From an uncultured Hyphomicrobiales bacterium (GTDB taxonomy: Bacteria; Bacteroidota; Ignavibacteria; Kapaibacteriales; UBA2268), in assembly GCA_964650885.1 (NCBI GenBank), contig CAZYXG010000002.1:86409-150408 (forward strand): a DNA stretch of 64,000 nucleotides, given 5' to 3'. The notes under the pieces were generated by a model. That model saw only the letters and a list, made by a program, of their open reading frames with translations. It did not search any database and was not told where the DNA came from. A program made the translations under genes and the position numbers. This document shows positions 18,403 to 28,216 of this stretch, piece by piece; positions within the stretch are counted from its first letter, which is position 1, and each line of letters opens with the position of its first letter.

Positions 18403-21400
18403 ATGGAAGATGTATCTACTAATTCTAATTTTTTGTTTTTTACAAACAGAAACGAATACAAAGGCAGACTCAAAGCTCTTGCTATTTTCTGCATACTAGC
18501 TTCTATGCTAACTTTGATAGCTTTAATTTCTTACACAAGGCAGGACGAAGCAAACGCTCAAATATCTTTGTTTGATTTGTTTGGCTTATTCACTGGCGAT
18601 GAAATTATAAAAATCAAAGCTTTAAGCACTCACAATTGGCTTGGTATCTTCGGTGCTTTTCTTGCCGATAAAATCTATAATGGAACGTTTGGATTGTCGT
18701 TAATTCTATTGCCTGTATTTGCAATGGTATGGTTCTATGAAATCTTTAAAAACCTCACTTTAGAAAAGAAAACAGTCAAATACAGTATTTTCTACTTGTT
18801 CTCAATTATTACAATCGCAACTCTTTCTGGAGTTTTAAGACAAACAGAAACATTTGCTGCTTTGCCAAAAGAACTAAGCGGAAGTGTTGGTTATTTCATT
18901 GCAGATTTATGCCGCAATGTGTTCGGAATAATTGGTACTTTTAGTATTTTTGGATTCACAATGTTTGTGGCAGCTGTATATGCTTTCAGTTTGAAACCAG
19001 TAACAGCGGTTCGCAATTTCTTGATTTGGTTAAAAAAACATGGTTATTTCATCAGTTTCAAAGTGGTTGAAACCAGAGGCGAAAGAGAAGAATATGCAAA
19101 AGAAGAAAGTTTAGATTCAATCAATAATGAACTAAATATTGATGAAGATAACTTTGATGAAGCAGAAGTATTGGAAGCATCAGAAAGTAATTACACTCCT
19201 AACTTTGTGATTAATAATCAAGCTGTTCTCAATGAAACTGCCAATATTTTGCAATTAGCCACAGATAAAGCAGCCGATAGTTTCACAGAAGAGCAAATCC
19301 TTAAAAACAAATTCTCAAATTTGAATACATTGAAAAATGTTTCTCGACAAGAAGCTATTGAGCAACCAGCTCGCCGAAGTTTATCAATTACTATTAGAAA
19401 TAATAATGTTGCCACTGGCTTCGAAAGATATTTTGGCGAAGAAACTATTGATTATAATTCAGCACTTGTGCCACAGCATAATGAACTTGCAATTGCAGGT
19501 GAAGAATCAAATACTATTGAAAATAGAGTTGGCTTTGGCGGTGGAGCAAACAGTAATAAAAATGACTTTGGTTACTATAATAATTACAACGATAAAGAAC
19601 CAGAATTGCCAATAAATGGTGTGAATAATTATTCAAACGGCACAACTGATTTGCCATTCAATAGTTTCAATGAAATGGAAGATAATTTAATTGAAGATAT
19701 TTTCGATGAAGAACCAGAAACTCAAAATCAAAATACAAACAACACTTATAATGCTCAAAATCAGCAAATCAATAACAGTATTGAAAATAATGTAGTTGTA
19801 AATTATAATAAAGTAGAAATTAATAATTATGTAAATCCATCACAAATAGAATATGCCGATGTGGAATACGGCGAAATGCGTGATGAATACGTAGAAACTC
19901 ATATTGTGCCAAAAGATATGCCTGTTGTTGATATGGAAACTCCAATTTTAGGTGAAGAAGTAAAACCACAAGAACCAGAAATATTAGATGAATTCATGTT
20001 GGAATTTAATCAGATAGCTAATGAACTTAGTGGTCAGTCAGCTAAGATTGAAGAACATATTGAACTTGATAACTTACTTACAAATATCGAAAAAACTTTA
20101 CTCACTCAGCACAACAAGGAAATTGGTGGGGAAATAATTGATTTATCTAAAATTTCTATTCCGATAGAAAGACCTGCTAATAATTTGAACGCTATCACAT
20201 TCGATAATAGCGAACCAATAAGTATAACAAGTAAAGCTCAACTTGAAGCTATTGAAAATAAATTTATACCACAAGCTAAGATTACAGATTATGGAGCTAG
20301 CAAAGCTGCTGCACCATTAGCTGTTGCACCAATTTCTACTGCTTTGCTCGACGAGAAATTCCTTTATGTGATGCCTGGTATGAATTTGCTTCGCAAACAA
20401 GAAGTCAAAATTACTGTTGATGAAGTTGAGCTTAGAGAAAAAGCAACAATATTACAAAACAAGCTATTGCAATTCAAAATCAATATTTCGGATATCAATA
20501 TAATCCCTGGTCCTGTAGTTACTCAATATGAGTTTGCACTTGCCGATGGAATTAAAGTTAGCCGAGTGGAAGCACTTCAAGATGATATAGCAATGGCTTT
20601 GAAAGCTCGAGGAATTAGGATATTAGCTCCAGTGCCAGGAAAAGATAGAGTTGGGGTTGAAATTCCAAATAATAAACCGCAAATGGTTCTTTTCAGTGCA
20701 TTGGTAGATTCTTTAGAGTTTCGCCAAACAAATATGCAATTACCATTAGCACTTGGCAAAATGACTGATGGGAAAGTATTTGTTTCGGATTTAGCTAAAA
20801 TGCCACACGTATTGGTTGCTGGTGCTACTGGCTCTGGTAAGTCAGTTGGTATTAATACAATTATGGCATCATTGCTTTATAAGAAACGACCCGAAGAACT
20901 GAAATTCGTAATAATTGACCCTAAGAAAGTAGAACTTGCTCAATATCGCACTTTAGATAAACATTATTTGGCGACATCGCCAGATGTAAAAGATTTAATT
21001 GTTACTCAATCGCATGAGGCAGTTAGTATTTTGAAATCTCTTGTGCTTGAAATGGAATTACGCTATGACTTACTTGCTGATGTTTTCTGCAAAAATTTAA
21101 CTGAATACAACGAGAAAATTGACAACGGAAGAGTGAAAGATACAGAGAAGTATCTTCACAAAAAAATGCCATATTTGGTTGTAATAATCGATGAGTTTGC
21201 AGATTTGATATTAACAGCCAAAGAAGTGGAAGAACCTGTGCAAATGTTAGCTCAGAAAGCAAGAGCTATTGGAATTCATATAGTTTTGGCAACTCAAAGA
21301 CCTTCGGTTGACGTTATCACAGGTATTATAAAAGCGAACTTCCCAACTCGTATGGCTTATATGGTTACTCAGAAAGTGGATTCAAAAACTATTTTAGATA

Positions 21401-21828
21401 TGAACGGAGCAGAGCAACTTCTTGGAAATGGTGATATGCTTATAGTTCCAAATGGCTCATCAACTCCAATACGCTTGCAAAATGCTTATATTTCTAGCGA
21501 TGAATCGGAAGATTTGGCTAGCTTTATTGGTTCACAACCTGGATATTCATCTCCTTATATGTTGCCTTCTATAAATAAAGCAACCGAAGATGGATTGTTT
21601 GATATATCAAATGCAGATCCATTATTTATGGATGTAGTGCGAATGGTCATCCGTGAGCAACAAGCTACAGTATCTAACTTCCAGCGTAAGCTATCACTTG
21701 GTTTTTCAAGAGCAGGCAGACTAATGGACGATTTGGAAAGAGCTGGTATTGTTAGCCCTGCAAATGGCACAAAACCAAGACAATGCTTAATAGATTCAAT
21801 GGAAGAATTTGAAAGACTATTTATGTAG
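18403..21828 (+). CDS. ftsK: DNA translocase FtsK
   Basis: N-terminal TM helices, long low-complexity linker, motor domain with Walker A GATGSGKS, C-terminal gamma wHTH (FQRKLSLGFSRAGRLMDDLE). Confidence 0.9.
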   Translation: MEDVSTNSNFLFFTNRNEYKGRLKALAIFCILASMLTLIALISYTRQDEANAQISLFDLFGLFTGDEIIKIKALSTHNWLGIFGAFLADKIYNGTFGLSLILLPVFAMVWFYEIFKNLTLEKKTVKYSIFYLFSIITIATLSGVLRQTETFAALPKELSGSVGYFIADLCRNVFGIIGTFSIFGFTMFVAAVYAFSLKPVTAVRNFLIWLKKHGYFISFKVVETRGEREEYAKEESLDSINNELNIDEDNFDEAEVLEASESNYTPNFVINNQAVLNETANILQLATDKAADSFTEEQILKNKFSNLNTLKNVSRQEAIEQPARRSLSITIRNNNVATGFERYFGEETIDYNSALVPQHNELAIAGEESNTIENRVGFGGGANSNKNDFGYYNNYNDKEPELPINGVNNYSNGTTDLPFNSFNEMEDNLIEDIFDEEPETQNQNTNNTYNAQNQQINNSIENNVVVNYNKVEINNYVNPSQIEYADVEYGEMRDEYVETHIVPKDMPVVDMETPILGEEVKPQEPEILDEFMLEFNQIANELSGQSAKIEEHIELDNLLTNIEKTLLTQHNKEIGGEIIDLSKISIPIERPANNLNAITFDNSEPISITSKAQLEAIENKFIPQAKITDYGASKAAAPLAVAPISTALLDEKFLYVMPGMNLLRKQEVKITVDEVELREKATILQNKLLQFKINISDINIIPGPVVTQYEFALADGIKVSRVEALQDDIAMALKARGIRILAPVPGKDRVGVEIPNNKPQMVLFSALVDSLEFRQTNMQLPLALGKMTDGKVFVSDLAKMPHVLVAGATGSGKSVGINTIMASLLYKKRPEELKFVIIDPKKVELAQYRTLDKHYLATSPDVKDLIVTQSHEAVSILKSLVLEMELRYDLLADVFCKNLTEYNEKIDNGRVKDTEKYLHKKMPYLVVIIDEFADLILTAKEVEEPVQMLAQKARAIGIHIVLATQRPSVDVITGIIKANFPTRMAYMVTQKVDSKTILDMNGAEQLLGNGDMLIVPNGSSTPIRLQNAYISSDESEDLASFIGSQPGYSSPYMLPSINKATEDGLFDISNADPLFMDVVRMVIREQQATVSNFQRKLSLGFSRAGRLMDDLERAGIVSPANGTKPRQCLIDSMEEFERLFM

Positions 21829-21844
21829 TATTTATTTTGAAATT

Positions 21845-21876
21845 AAAAGGGTTGGCATTGAGCCAACCTTTTTTTT
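21845..21876. terminator. Bidirectional terminator between ftsK and the phnA-like gene
   Basis: GGTTGGC / GCCAACC stem, A-run before and T8 after. Confidence 0.75.
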
Positions 21877-21878
21877 GC

Positions 21879-22103
21879 TTATTTCTTTTTGACAAATTCA
21901 GTTCTCAAAACCAAAGATTGTCCTTCAATTTTGCAATCAATCTCATCGGGATTGTCTGTCAATCTAATTTTCTTAACTACTGTGCCTTGCTTCAAATTTA
22001 GTGACGAACCTTTCACTTTCAAATCTTTAATCAATTGAACAGTATCTCCACTTGCAAGTGTTTTACCATTTGCATCTTTAACTACGATTTCGTCATCAGC
22101 CAT
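21879..22103 (-). CDS. PhnA/YjdM C-terminal-domain protein (lacks the N-terminal zinc ribbon)
   Basis: [15 protein letters not shown]...[19 protein letters not shown] matches the PhnA C-terminal domain. 74 aa. Confidence 0.6.
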   Translation of the reverse strand: MADDEIVVKDANGKTLASGDTVQLIKDLKVKGSSLNLKQGTVVKKIRLTDNPDEIDCKIEGQSLVLRTEFVKKK

Positions 22104-22193
22104 TGTGTTATTTCTATTTGTATGGGAAAAGAATGTAAGTTAATAATTACAAATAATAAAAATTATGACTTAAGTTAGGTTCGCAAATTTTTC

Positions 22194-22224
22194 AGCAATA
22201 AAATCTCATTTAGATTTTATTGCT
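22194..22224. other. Perfect 12-bp inverted repeat in a long non-coding gap
   Basis: AGCAATAAAATC (22194-22205) / GATTTTATTGCT (22213-22224), 7-nt loop, no flanking T-run. Confidence 0.6.
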
Positions 22225-22612
22225 TGCTATTATTACAACTAATTAAATATAAAATGAGAGATTAAATCCAGCAAATTGCTAAAGGACTTATAATTATCTA
22301 AGTTAAATATGAAATTATGTAACACAAAATCTATTTCATATATTCCAACGACTTACGTTAAATATATACAATACTAGAGAGTTGTTTTACGTCTGAGAGC
22401 TATAATAAAAATAAGAATCGCAAAAACGAATTAATCTTCAAATTTCTGTGTTCCTTTTATAAACAAATATTGAATCCCAACTAGTAAAAATCTTAAAATG
22501 AATTAGAAAGCAGCAACATTAATTCATAACTCATAAAGATAAAACTTGTTTATTTGCTCAGAAAATTCGATATTTGCACTTAATATCAAACAAAATTCAA
22601 TAAAGGTGAAAA

Positions 22613-22909
22613 GTGTTGAATAAATTAAAATCAAAATATATGCTAGGAGCATTATTGATAGTGGGCTTGGCTTCAAGTTGCACTCCAATGATTACACCTG
22701 AGCAACTTGCTAAGTTGCAAGAATTGAGAAAAAGAGAAGTTGTTATTAATGATGAAATTTCATCAATTAATAGAGATATTCAAAAAGTTCAAATTGAATT
22801 GAATGGTAGAATGTCTGAACTTAAAGATTGCAACGATAAAAAAGATTACTTAACAAAGAAACTTGCTAACTGGCCAAATGTTTGGCCCGAAGGTACTAAC
22901 AAAAAATAA
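22613..22909 (+). CDS. Coiled-coil lipoprotein
   Basis: GTG start preceded by AAAGGTGA, lipobox LASSC, heptad-rich body. Confidence 0.5.
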   Translation: MLNKLKSKYMLGALLIVGLASSCTPMITPEQLAKLQELRKREVVINDEISSINRDIQKVQIELNGRMSELKDCNDKKDYLTKKLANWPNVWPEGTNKK

Positions 22910-22926
22910 TTGAGGAATAAAAGAAA

Positions 22927-23709
22927 ATGAAAATCAAAAATATAATGTTAGGCATTGCCTTAATTTCTACAGTTACATTTGCTCAAGTAGCTCCAGATAG
23001 CAAACCAGATGCTGAACTTACTAAAAAAGAAGCAGAGCTTCGTGTTTTAGATTGGGAAGGAAGAATCAAATCTTTGGAAGACAAACTTGCTTCTGTTAAA
23101 AATGATCAAAATAAAATTAGAACTCAATTGCAAGATGCAGTGCAATCTTTAAAAGATTGCAAAGATGCTTATAGCAATTTGATTGGTGCTACTGAAGCAG
23201 ACATCAATAAATTCAGAGAAGATTTAGGTAAATTGGAAGGTAGAGTTCGTGAGTTGCAAAAACTTAGCAACGATGAATTAGCGGACAAAAGAGCTGATGT
23301 TGAATTGTTACAATCTGACTACTTGAAATTCAGAGATACAAAAATTGCTGTATTGCCAGAATTCTATGATAGAGTAGTTAAATTAGGAACTGACATCAAT
23401 GGTCTTTACAGAGAAAAATTAATAAAAACATACACAGTTGGTACTTGGGAAGAAAACAAAGACTGTCTATGGAATATCGCTGGAAGAACTGAAATTTATG
23501 GAGATCCTTTCTTATGGCCAAAAATTTGGCAACAAAATAAAGACATCATCAGAAATCCAGATATCATCCACCCAGGTCAAGTTTTAACTTTGCCTGTGAA
23601 AGCTGAAAAAACTAGCGATGAAATGAAAGCTGAGAGAAAATACTTTAGAACAAAACGTGCTGCAATGGAAAAAACTTCCGAAGAAAAAACAGCACAAACT
23701 GGAAAATAA
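22927..23709 (+). CDS. LysM domain protein with N-terminal coiled-coil
   Basis: Signal peptide. LysM-like DCLWNIAGRTEIYGDPFLWPKIWQQNKDIIRNPDIIHPGQVLTLP. Confidence 0.7.
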   Translation: MKIKNIMLGIALISTVTFAQVAPDSKPDAELTKKEAELRVLDWEGRIKSLEDKLASVKNDQNKIRTQLQDAVQSLKDCKDAYSNLIGATEADINKFREDLGKLEGRVRELQKLSNDELADKRADVELLQSDYLKFRDTKIAVLPEFYDRVVKLGTDINGLYREKLIKTYTVGTWEENKDCLWNIAGRTEIYGDPFLWPKIWQQNKDIIRNPDIIHPGQVLTLPVKAEKTSDEMKAERKYFRTKRAAMEKTSEEKTAQTGK

Positions 23710-23740
23710 TTTAAAATGTTTAAAAGTAATTTTTAATATT

Positions 23741-23776
23741 AAAGCCTCAGCAATTAAATTGCTGAGGCTTTTTATT
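23741..23776 (+). terminator. Intrinsic terminator
   Basis: GCCTCAGC / GCTGAGGC stem followed by TTTTT. Confidence 0.75.
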
Positions 23777-23787
23777 TAAGAGTTGAA

Positions 23788-24828
23788 ATGGAATTTGCAG
23801 AAAAGAAATTAGTTTTAGAAAATAAGTATTTAATAAACCTTTTTGGTGCTAACGACGACATTTTGAATTTGATTGAAAATCACTTCAATGCATCAATTAT
23901 AGTGCGTGGTAATCTTGTTACTCTTAAAGGAAACCCTGAAGAAGTAACTGCTATTGAATCTATTCTGAAAGAACTTACCTATATTATTGAAAAAAATGGT
24001 AATATTAGCGAAAGAGATGTTAGGACTACGATTAGCTTAGTGGAAATTAACCACAATCACAATCAAACTTTCTCATTAAAGAATGCTGGAAATGTAATCT
24101 ATCAAGGCAACAAGGAAATAATCCGTGCTAGAACTGATAGACAAATGGAGTATTGGCAGAAAGTTAATCATAACGATATAGTGTTTTCTATTGGGCCTGC
24201 TGGTACTGGTAAAACTTTCCTTGCTGTGGCTATGGCACTTGCTGCTTTAAAGAAAAATGAAGTTAGTAAAATTATATTAGCTCGACCTGCAATTGAAGCA
24301 GGTGAATCATTGGGCTACTTACCTGGAGATTTGGTGGACAAAATAGATCCATACTTACGACCACTCAATGATGCATTGCAAAGTATGATGAGTCCAGATA
24401 AATATAAATCGCTTAAAGAAAAGAATGTGCTTGAAATCAGCCCTTTGGCATATATGAGAGGTAGAACTTTAAGCAACTCATTCATTATTTTGGATGAAGC
24501 TCAGAATGCAACTCGCACCCAAATGAAAATGTTCTTGACTAGATTAGGCGAGGGATCTAAAGTTGTCGTTACTGGTGACGTTACTCAGATAGATTTGAAA
24601 TACTCAAGCGATTCTGGTCTTATAGAAGCTGCTCGCTTGTTCAAAGGTATTAAAGGAATAGATTATGTCTATTTCGATGCAGGCGATGTGGTTCGACATA
24701 GATTAGTTGCTGATATAATTAGAGCTTATGAGAAAAAAAGAGCAATGGAAGATAATCAATCTAATAGCGATGAATTACAAAAACCAGAAGTGAATACAAA
24801 ACCAAAACTCAGAAAACCAAAGGCATAG
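23788..24828 (+). CDS. phoH: PhoH family ATPase
   Basis: Walker A GPAGTGKTFLAVA, ILDEAQN, VTGDVTQIDL. Confidence 0.85.
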   Translation: MEFAEKKLVLENKYLINLFGANDDILNLIENHFNASIIVRGNLVTLKGNPEEVTAIESILKELTYIIEKNGNISERDVRTTISLVEINHNHNQTFSLKNAGNVIYQGNKEIIRARTDRQMEYWQKVNHNDIVFSIGPAGTGKTFLAVAMALAALKKNEVSKIILARPAIEAGESLGYLPGDLVDKIDPYLRPLNDALQSMMSPDKYKSLKEKNVLEISPLAYMRGRTLSNSFIILDEAQNATRTQMKMFLTRLGEGSKVVVTGDVTQIDLKYSSDSGLIEAARLFKGIKGIDYVYFDAGDVVRHRLVADIIRAYEKKRAMEDNQSNSDELQKPEVNTKPKLRKPKA

Positions 24829-24834
24829 CATAAT

Positions 24835-25611
24835 TTGTTTGAATTATTTAAAATAGGATTTCTTTCTATAACTTTAGTGGATGTGTTAGACATTTCTTTA
24901 GTTACTTTAATCTTCTATGGTTTATATAGAGCATTGAAAGATACTATTGCTGTGCAAATTTTGTTTGGCTTAGTTATATTGATTGGCTTAAAGTTCATTA
25001 CCGAAGCTATCAATTTGAAATCAATAAATTGGATACTCAACACAATACTCGAAATTTGGCTTTTAGCATTTATTATTCTATTCCAGCCAGAGTTAAGAAA
25101 ATTATTACTTTTGATTACCAAATCAAGATTATTCCAACTCTTTGTTCGCAATAGAATACCTGGCACTATCTATGATGTAATTGAAGCTGTAGAAGAGCTG
25201 GCCGAGAAAAGAACTGGTGCATTGATAGTTTTCCCAAATTCCCAAAATGTTCAAATGACAATTGACACTGGTATTCCTCTGCAAGCTGTGGTTACCAAAG
25301 AGTTGATTATGTCTATTTTCTCTACCAAATCGCCCCTTCACGATGGTGCTATTGTAATTGAAAATCAAACTATACTTGCTGCAAGATGCGTTTTACCATT
25401 GTCTGGCGAAGTAAAGTTAAATAATAGAAACTTAGGTACTCGGCATAGAGCAGCACTTGGCTTGACAGAGCAAGTAGATGCTGTGGTTATTGTCGTTTCC
25501 GAAGAAACTGGGTGGATTTCTCTTGCAGATAGCGGACAATTGATGAGCAAACTTTCTATTGAAAAATTGCAATCTGAACTGAAAGCAAGATTATTCGACA
25601 ATAATAGATAG
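24835..25611 (+). CDS. cdaA: Diadenylate cyclase (membrane-anchored CdaA/DisA_N type)
   Basis: Three N-terminal TM helices. DGAIVI and GTRHRAALG motifs. Apparent TTG start. Confidence 0.85.
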   Translation: MFELFKIGFLSITLVDVLDISLVTLIFYGLYRALKDTIAVQILFGLVILIGLKFITEAINLKSINWILNTILEIWLLAFIILFQPELRKLLLLITKSRLFQLFVRNRIPGTIYDVIEAVEELAEKRTGALIVFPNSQNVQMTIDTGIPLQAVVTKELIMSIFSTKSPLHDGAIVIENQTILAARCVLPLSGEVKLNNRNLGTRHRAALGLTEQVDAVVIVVSEETGWISLADSGQLMSKLSIEKLQSELKARLFDNNR

Positions 25612-26556
25612 ATGATTAAAGATAAAATAGATACTTTAGTTATTTGTGGGGCTACTGCTTCTGGCAAAACACAACTTTCACTTGATTTATCAAATCTTTT
25701 CGATATTGAATTAATTTCGGCAGACTCTCGACAGCTTTTCAGATATATGAATATTGGCACTGCCAAACCAAGTAAAGAAGAATTGGCTTTAGCTCCTCAT
25801 TGGTTTATTGATTGGAAAAATCCTGATGAGTTTTATTCGGCTGGACAGTTTGGTAGGGAAGCTCTTGCTAAAGTAAAAGAAATAAATTCTAAAGAGAAAT
25901 TGCCAGTAGTTGTTGGCGGCTCTGGTCTTTACATTCAAGCTTTAGTGGAAGGAATACAAAAAGAAATCACAGATGCTACAACTCTTACCAATAGAGAATT
26001 ACTAAATAATAGATTAGCAATTGAAGGAATTGAAATTCTTTTTAAAGAATTGCAAAAAGTAGATAATGATTCAGCTGAGCTTTACAAATCAAAAAATCCA
26101 AGGCGTGTGATTAGGGCATTGGAGTACTATTTGACGTATGGAAAGAAATTTTCTGAGAATATAGAAGAAAGTGAGAATTCGAGTTTAATCAATCCAATTT
26201 ATATATTCGTTGATAAACCAAGAGATAAACTTTATTTGGATATAAACAATAGATGCGACCAAATGTGGCAGAATGGACTACTTGAAGAAACACAAAAGTT
26301 ACTTGATATTGGGTATGGAAAAGAGTTGAATTCTATGAATACTGTTGGATATAAGGAAGTAATTCAATTTTTCGAGAAAGAATTGACAGAAAATGAGGCG
26401 ATTGAAAAGTTCAAGAAAGTAACAAGAAACTATGCAAAAAGGCAAATTACTTGGTTCAGAAGGATAGAAAATAAGTATAATTATGAGCAAAATACTAATT
26501 CTTTGCAAATTCTTAATAACTACGTAAATAAATTATTGCTTAGTAAAAATAAATGA
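25612..26556 (+). CDS. miaA: tRNA dimethylallyltransferase
   Basis: P-loop GATASGKT, SADSRQLFRYMNIGTAKP. ATG immediately follows the cdaA stop. Confidence 0.9.
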   Translation: MIKDKIDTLVICGATASGKTQLSLDLSNLFDIELISADSRQLFRYMNIGTAKPSKEELALAPHWFIDWKNPDEFYSAGQFGREALAKVKEINSKEKLPVVVGGSGLYIQALVEGIQKEITDATTLTNRELLNNRLAIEGIEILFKELQKVDNDSAELYKSKNPRRVIRALEYYLTYGKKFSENIEESENSSLINPIYIFVDKPRDKLYLDINNRCDQMWQNGLLEETQKLLDIGYGKELNSMNTVGYKEVIQFFEKELTENEAIEKFKKVTRNYAKRQITWFRRIENKYNYEQNTNSLQILNNYVNKLLLSKNK

Positions 26557-26596
26557 GTTAAATTGCTTTTGCAGTATAATAAAAACCCCACCAAAA

Positions 26597-28216
26597 ATGA
26601 AAAATATAAAATTGTTAGCAATAACGATAGCATTGCTGTTATTGAACTTTACTTTTCTGGGTATATCAAGGAATAATACTCAGCCAAAAGAGTATTACAA
26701 TATCCATAAGTCAATCTATAATATTGATTCTACGGCAGTTAAGCTAAAAATAGTAATTGATAACATACTTGAAAAAAACGCAAACATACTTAAAAAAACA
26801 AACTACGGAATTGCTATATTAGATTTGGAAGAAGCTAAATATATCTACGGACGCAATGTTGAATTGCCTCTTACTCCAGCTTCCACCACCAAACTTTACA
26901 CTACATTCTATGCTATTGCCACTCAGCCAACTATTCGTACATCTATCTATCACGATGGAATTATACAGAACGGAATGTTAAAAGGCAATTTATATTTATT
27001 TGGCAGAGGCGATGCTTTGCTTAATTCAAATGATTTAGACTTATTAGCACAAGAAATAGCGAATAAAGGGATTACAAAAATTGAAGGAAATTTCATCATT
27101 GATGATAGTTTCTTCGATAAACAGTCTAATCGTAGTGTTTATAGTGGCGACTTTGAAATTGTGCAACCTTTACCCGAAATTAAACCATTTATATTAAACA
27201 AAAACTCTTTAGCTTTACATATATCTTCGAGTGGTAATTTTGGGGATAAAGTAATTGTATCAATGGATCCTCCTTCCGATAGATTTTCTGCAAATGTAAC
27301 AGCTACTGTGAAACAAACAGTGGTCAGAAAGCAGCTACGCAAAAAAAGTAAATCTCGTAATTTTGCCGTGAAAGGTAAGAAAGGCAAAAATGGCAAAAGA
27401 AATAGGGTCACTAATGAAAATTTAGGAGATTATGAAACAAAAGTTGTTTCTGCTCCTACTGGAATTAGAGTTAGCTCTCTTATTGACCCAAGTGGGAAAC
27501 AAGTATTCAATGTGGTTGGCAGTTTAGCTCCGAACAAAAGAATTTCGCAATATTATGTAATTAAAAAACCTGAATTCGCTATAGCAGGTACAATTCTAAC
27601 TAGTTTGAGAAAGCGAGGAGTAAATTTCACAGGAACAACAATTTTAGGAAATCTTCCAGTTTCTGGTTATAACATTTTAGCAGAAGTGAAACGTCCAACT
27701 CAAGATATAGCAAAAATCATTAATAAATATAGTGATAACTATGTTGCTGAGCATTTATTTAAGTTCAATGGAGCGAACATCAATAAAATGAATAATGCAG
27801 AAGGTGCAAGATTAAGCTTAGGTAAATTCTGTGATAGTTTACAAATTCCATTTGCCAACTGCCGATTGAATGATGGATCTGGACTTTCGAGAAGAAATTT
27901 AGTTACTCCATCTTCTGAAATTAGATTATTGCAAATAGCAAATTCAAATCAGCAATTGAAATTCGACTCTACTCTTGCTATAGCTGGGGTAGATGGTACT
28001 CTTCGCAATAGAATGATTGGCACGAAAGCTCAAGCAAACTTGCATGGGAAAACAGGGACACTTCGCAATGTTAGTGCTTTATCTGGCTATGTAAAGAATC
28101 TTGATGGAAATAAAATTGCATTCACTTTCATTTTCAATGGACCGAACGTAGGGGCTTACAAACAATTGGAAAATCAAATTGGTGTTGCATTAGCTAATTT
28201 CAACTATGAAAAGTAA
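26597..28216 (+). CDS. dacB: D-alanyl-D-alanine carboxypeptidase/endopeptidase (PBP4, S13 family)
   Basis: SxxK motif PASTTKL, KTGTL near the C-terminus (GKTGTLRNVSALSGY). Confidence 0.8.
   Translation: MKNIKLLAITIALLLLNFTFLGISRNNTQPKEYYNIHKSIYNIDSTAVKLKIVIDNILEKNANILKKTNYGIAILDLEEAKYIYGRNVELPLTPASTTKLYTTFYAIATQPTIRTSIYHDGIIQNGMLKGNLYLFGRGDALLNSNDLDLLAQEIANKGITKIEGNFIIDDSFFDKQSNRSVYSGDFEIVQPLPEIKPFILNKNSLALHISSSGNFGDKVIVSMDPPSDRFSANVTATVKQTVVRKQLRKKSKSRNFAVKGKKGKNGKRNRVTNENLGDYETKVVSAPTGIRVSSLIDPSGKQVFNVVGSLAPNKRISQYYVIKKPEFAIAGTILTSLRKRGVNFTGTTILGNLPVSGYNILAEVKRPTQDIAKIINKYSDNYVAEHLFKFNGANINKMNNAEGARLSLGKFCDSLQIPFANCRLNDGSGLSRRNLVTPSSEIRLLQIANSNQQLKFDSTLAIAGVDGTLRNRMIGTKAQANLHGKTGTLRNVSALSGYVKNLDGNKIAFTFIFNGPNVGAYKQLENQIGVALANFNYEK

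Noticed and set aside
22309-22377. 22-codon mini-ORF (MKLCNTKSISYIPTTYVKYIQY) in the 509-bp gap.
   Set aside because: It is too short, has no RBS-like sequence, and is expected by chance in 500 nt of AT-rich DNA.
24826-24837. phoH and cdaA lie in the same reading frame, separated only by TAG CAT AAT, which raises the idea of a read-through PhoH-CdaA fusion.
   Set aside because: Sharing a frame happens one time in three by chance. I see no recoding signal, and the CdaA N-terminus is a normal TM anchor.
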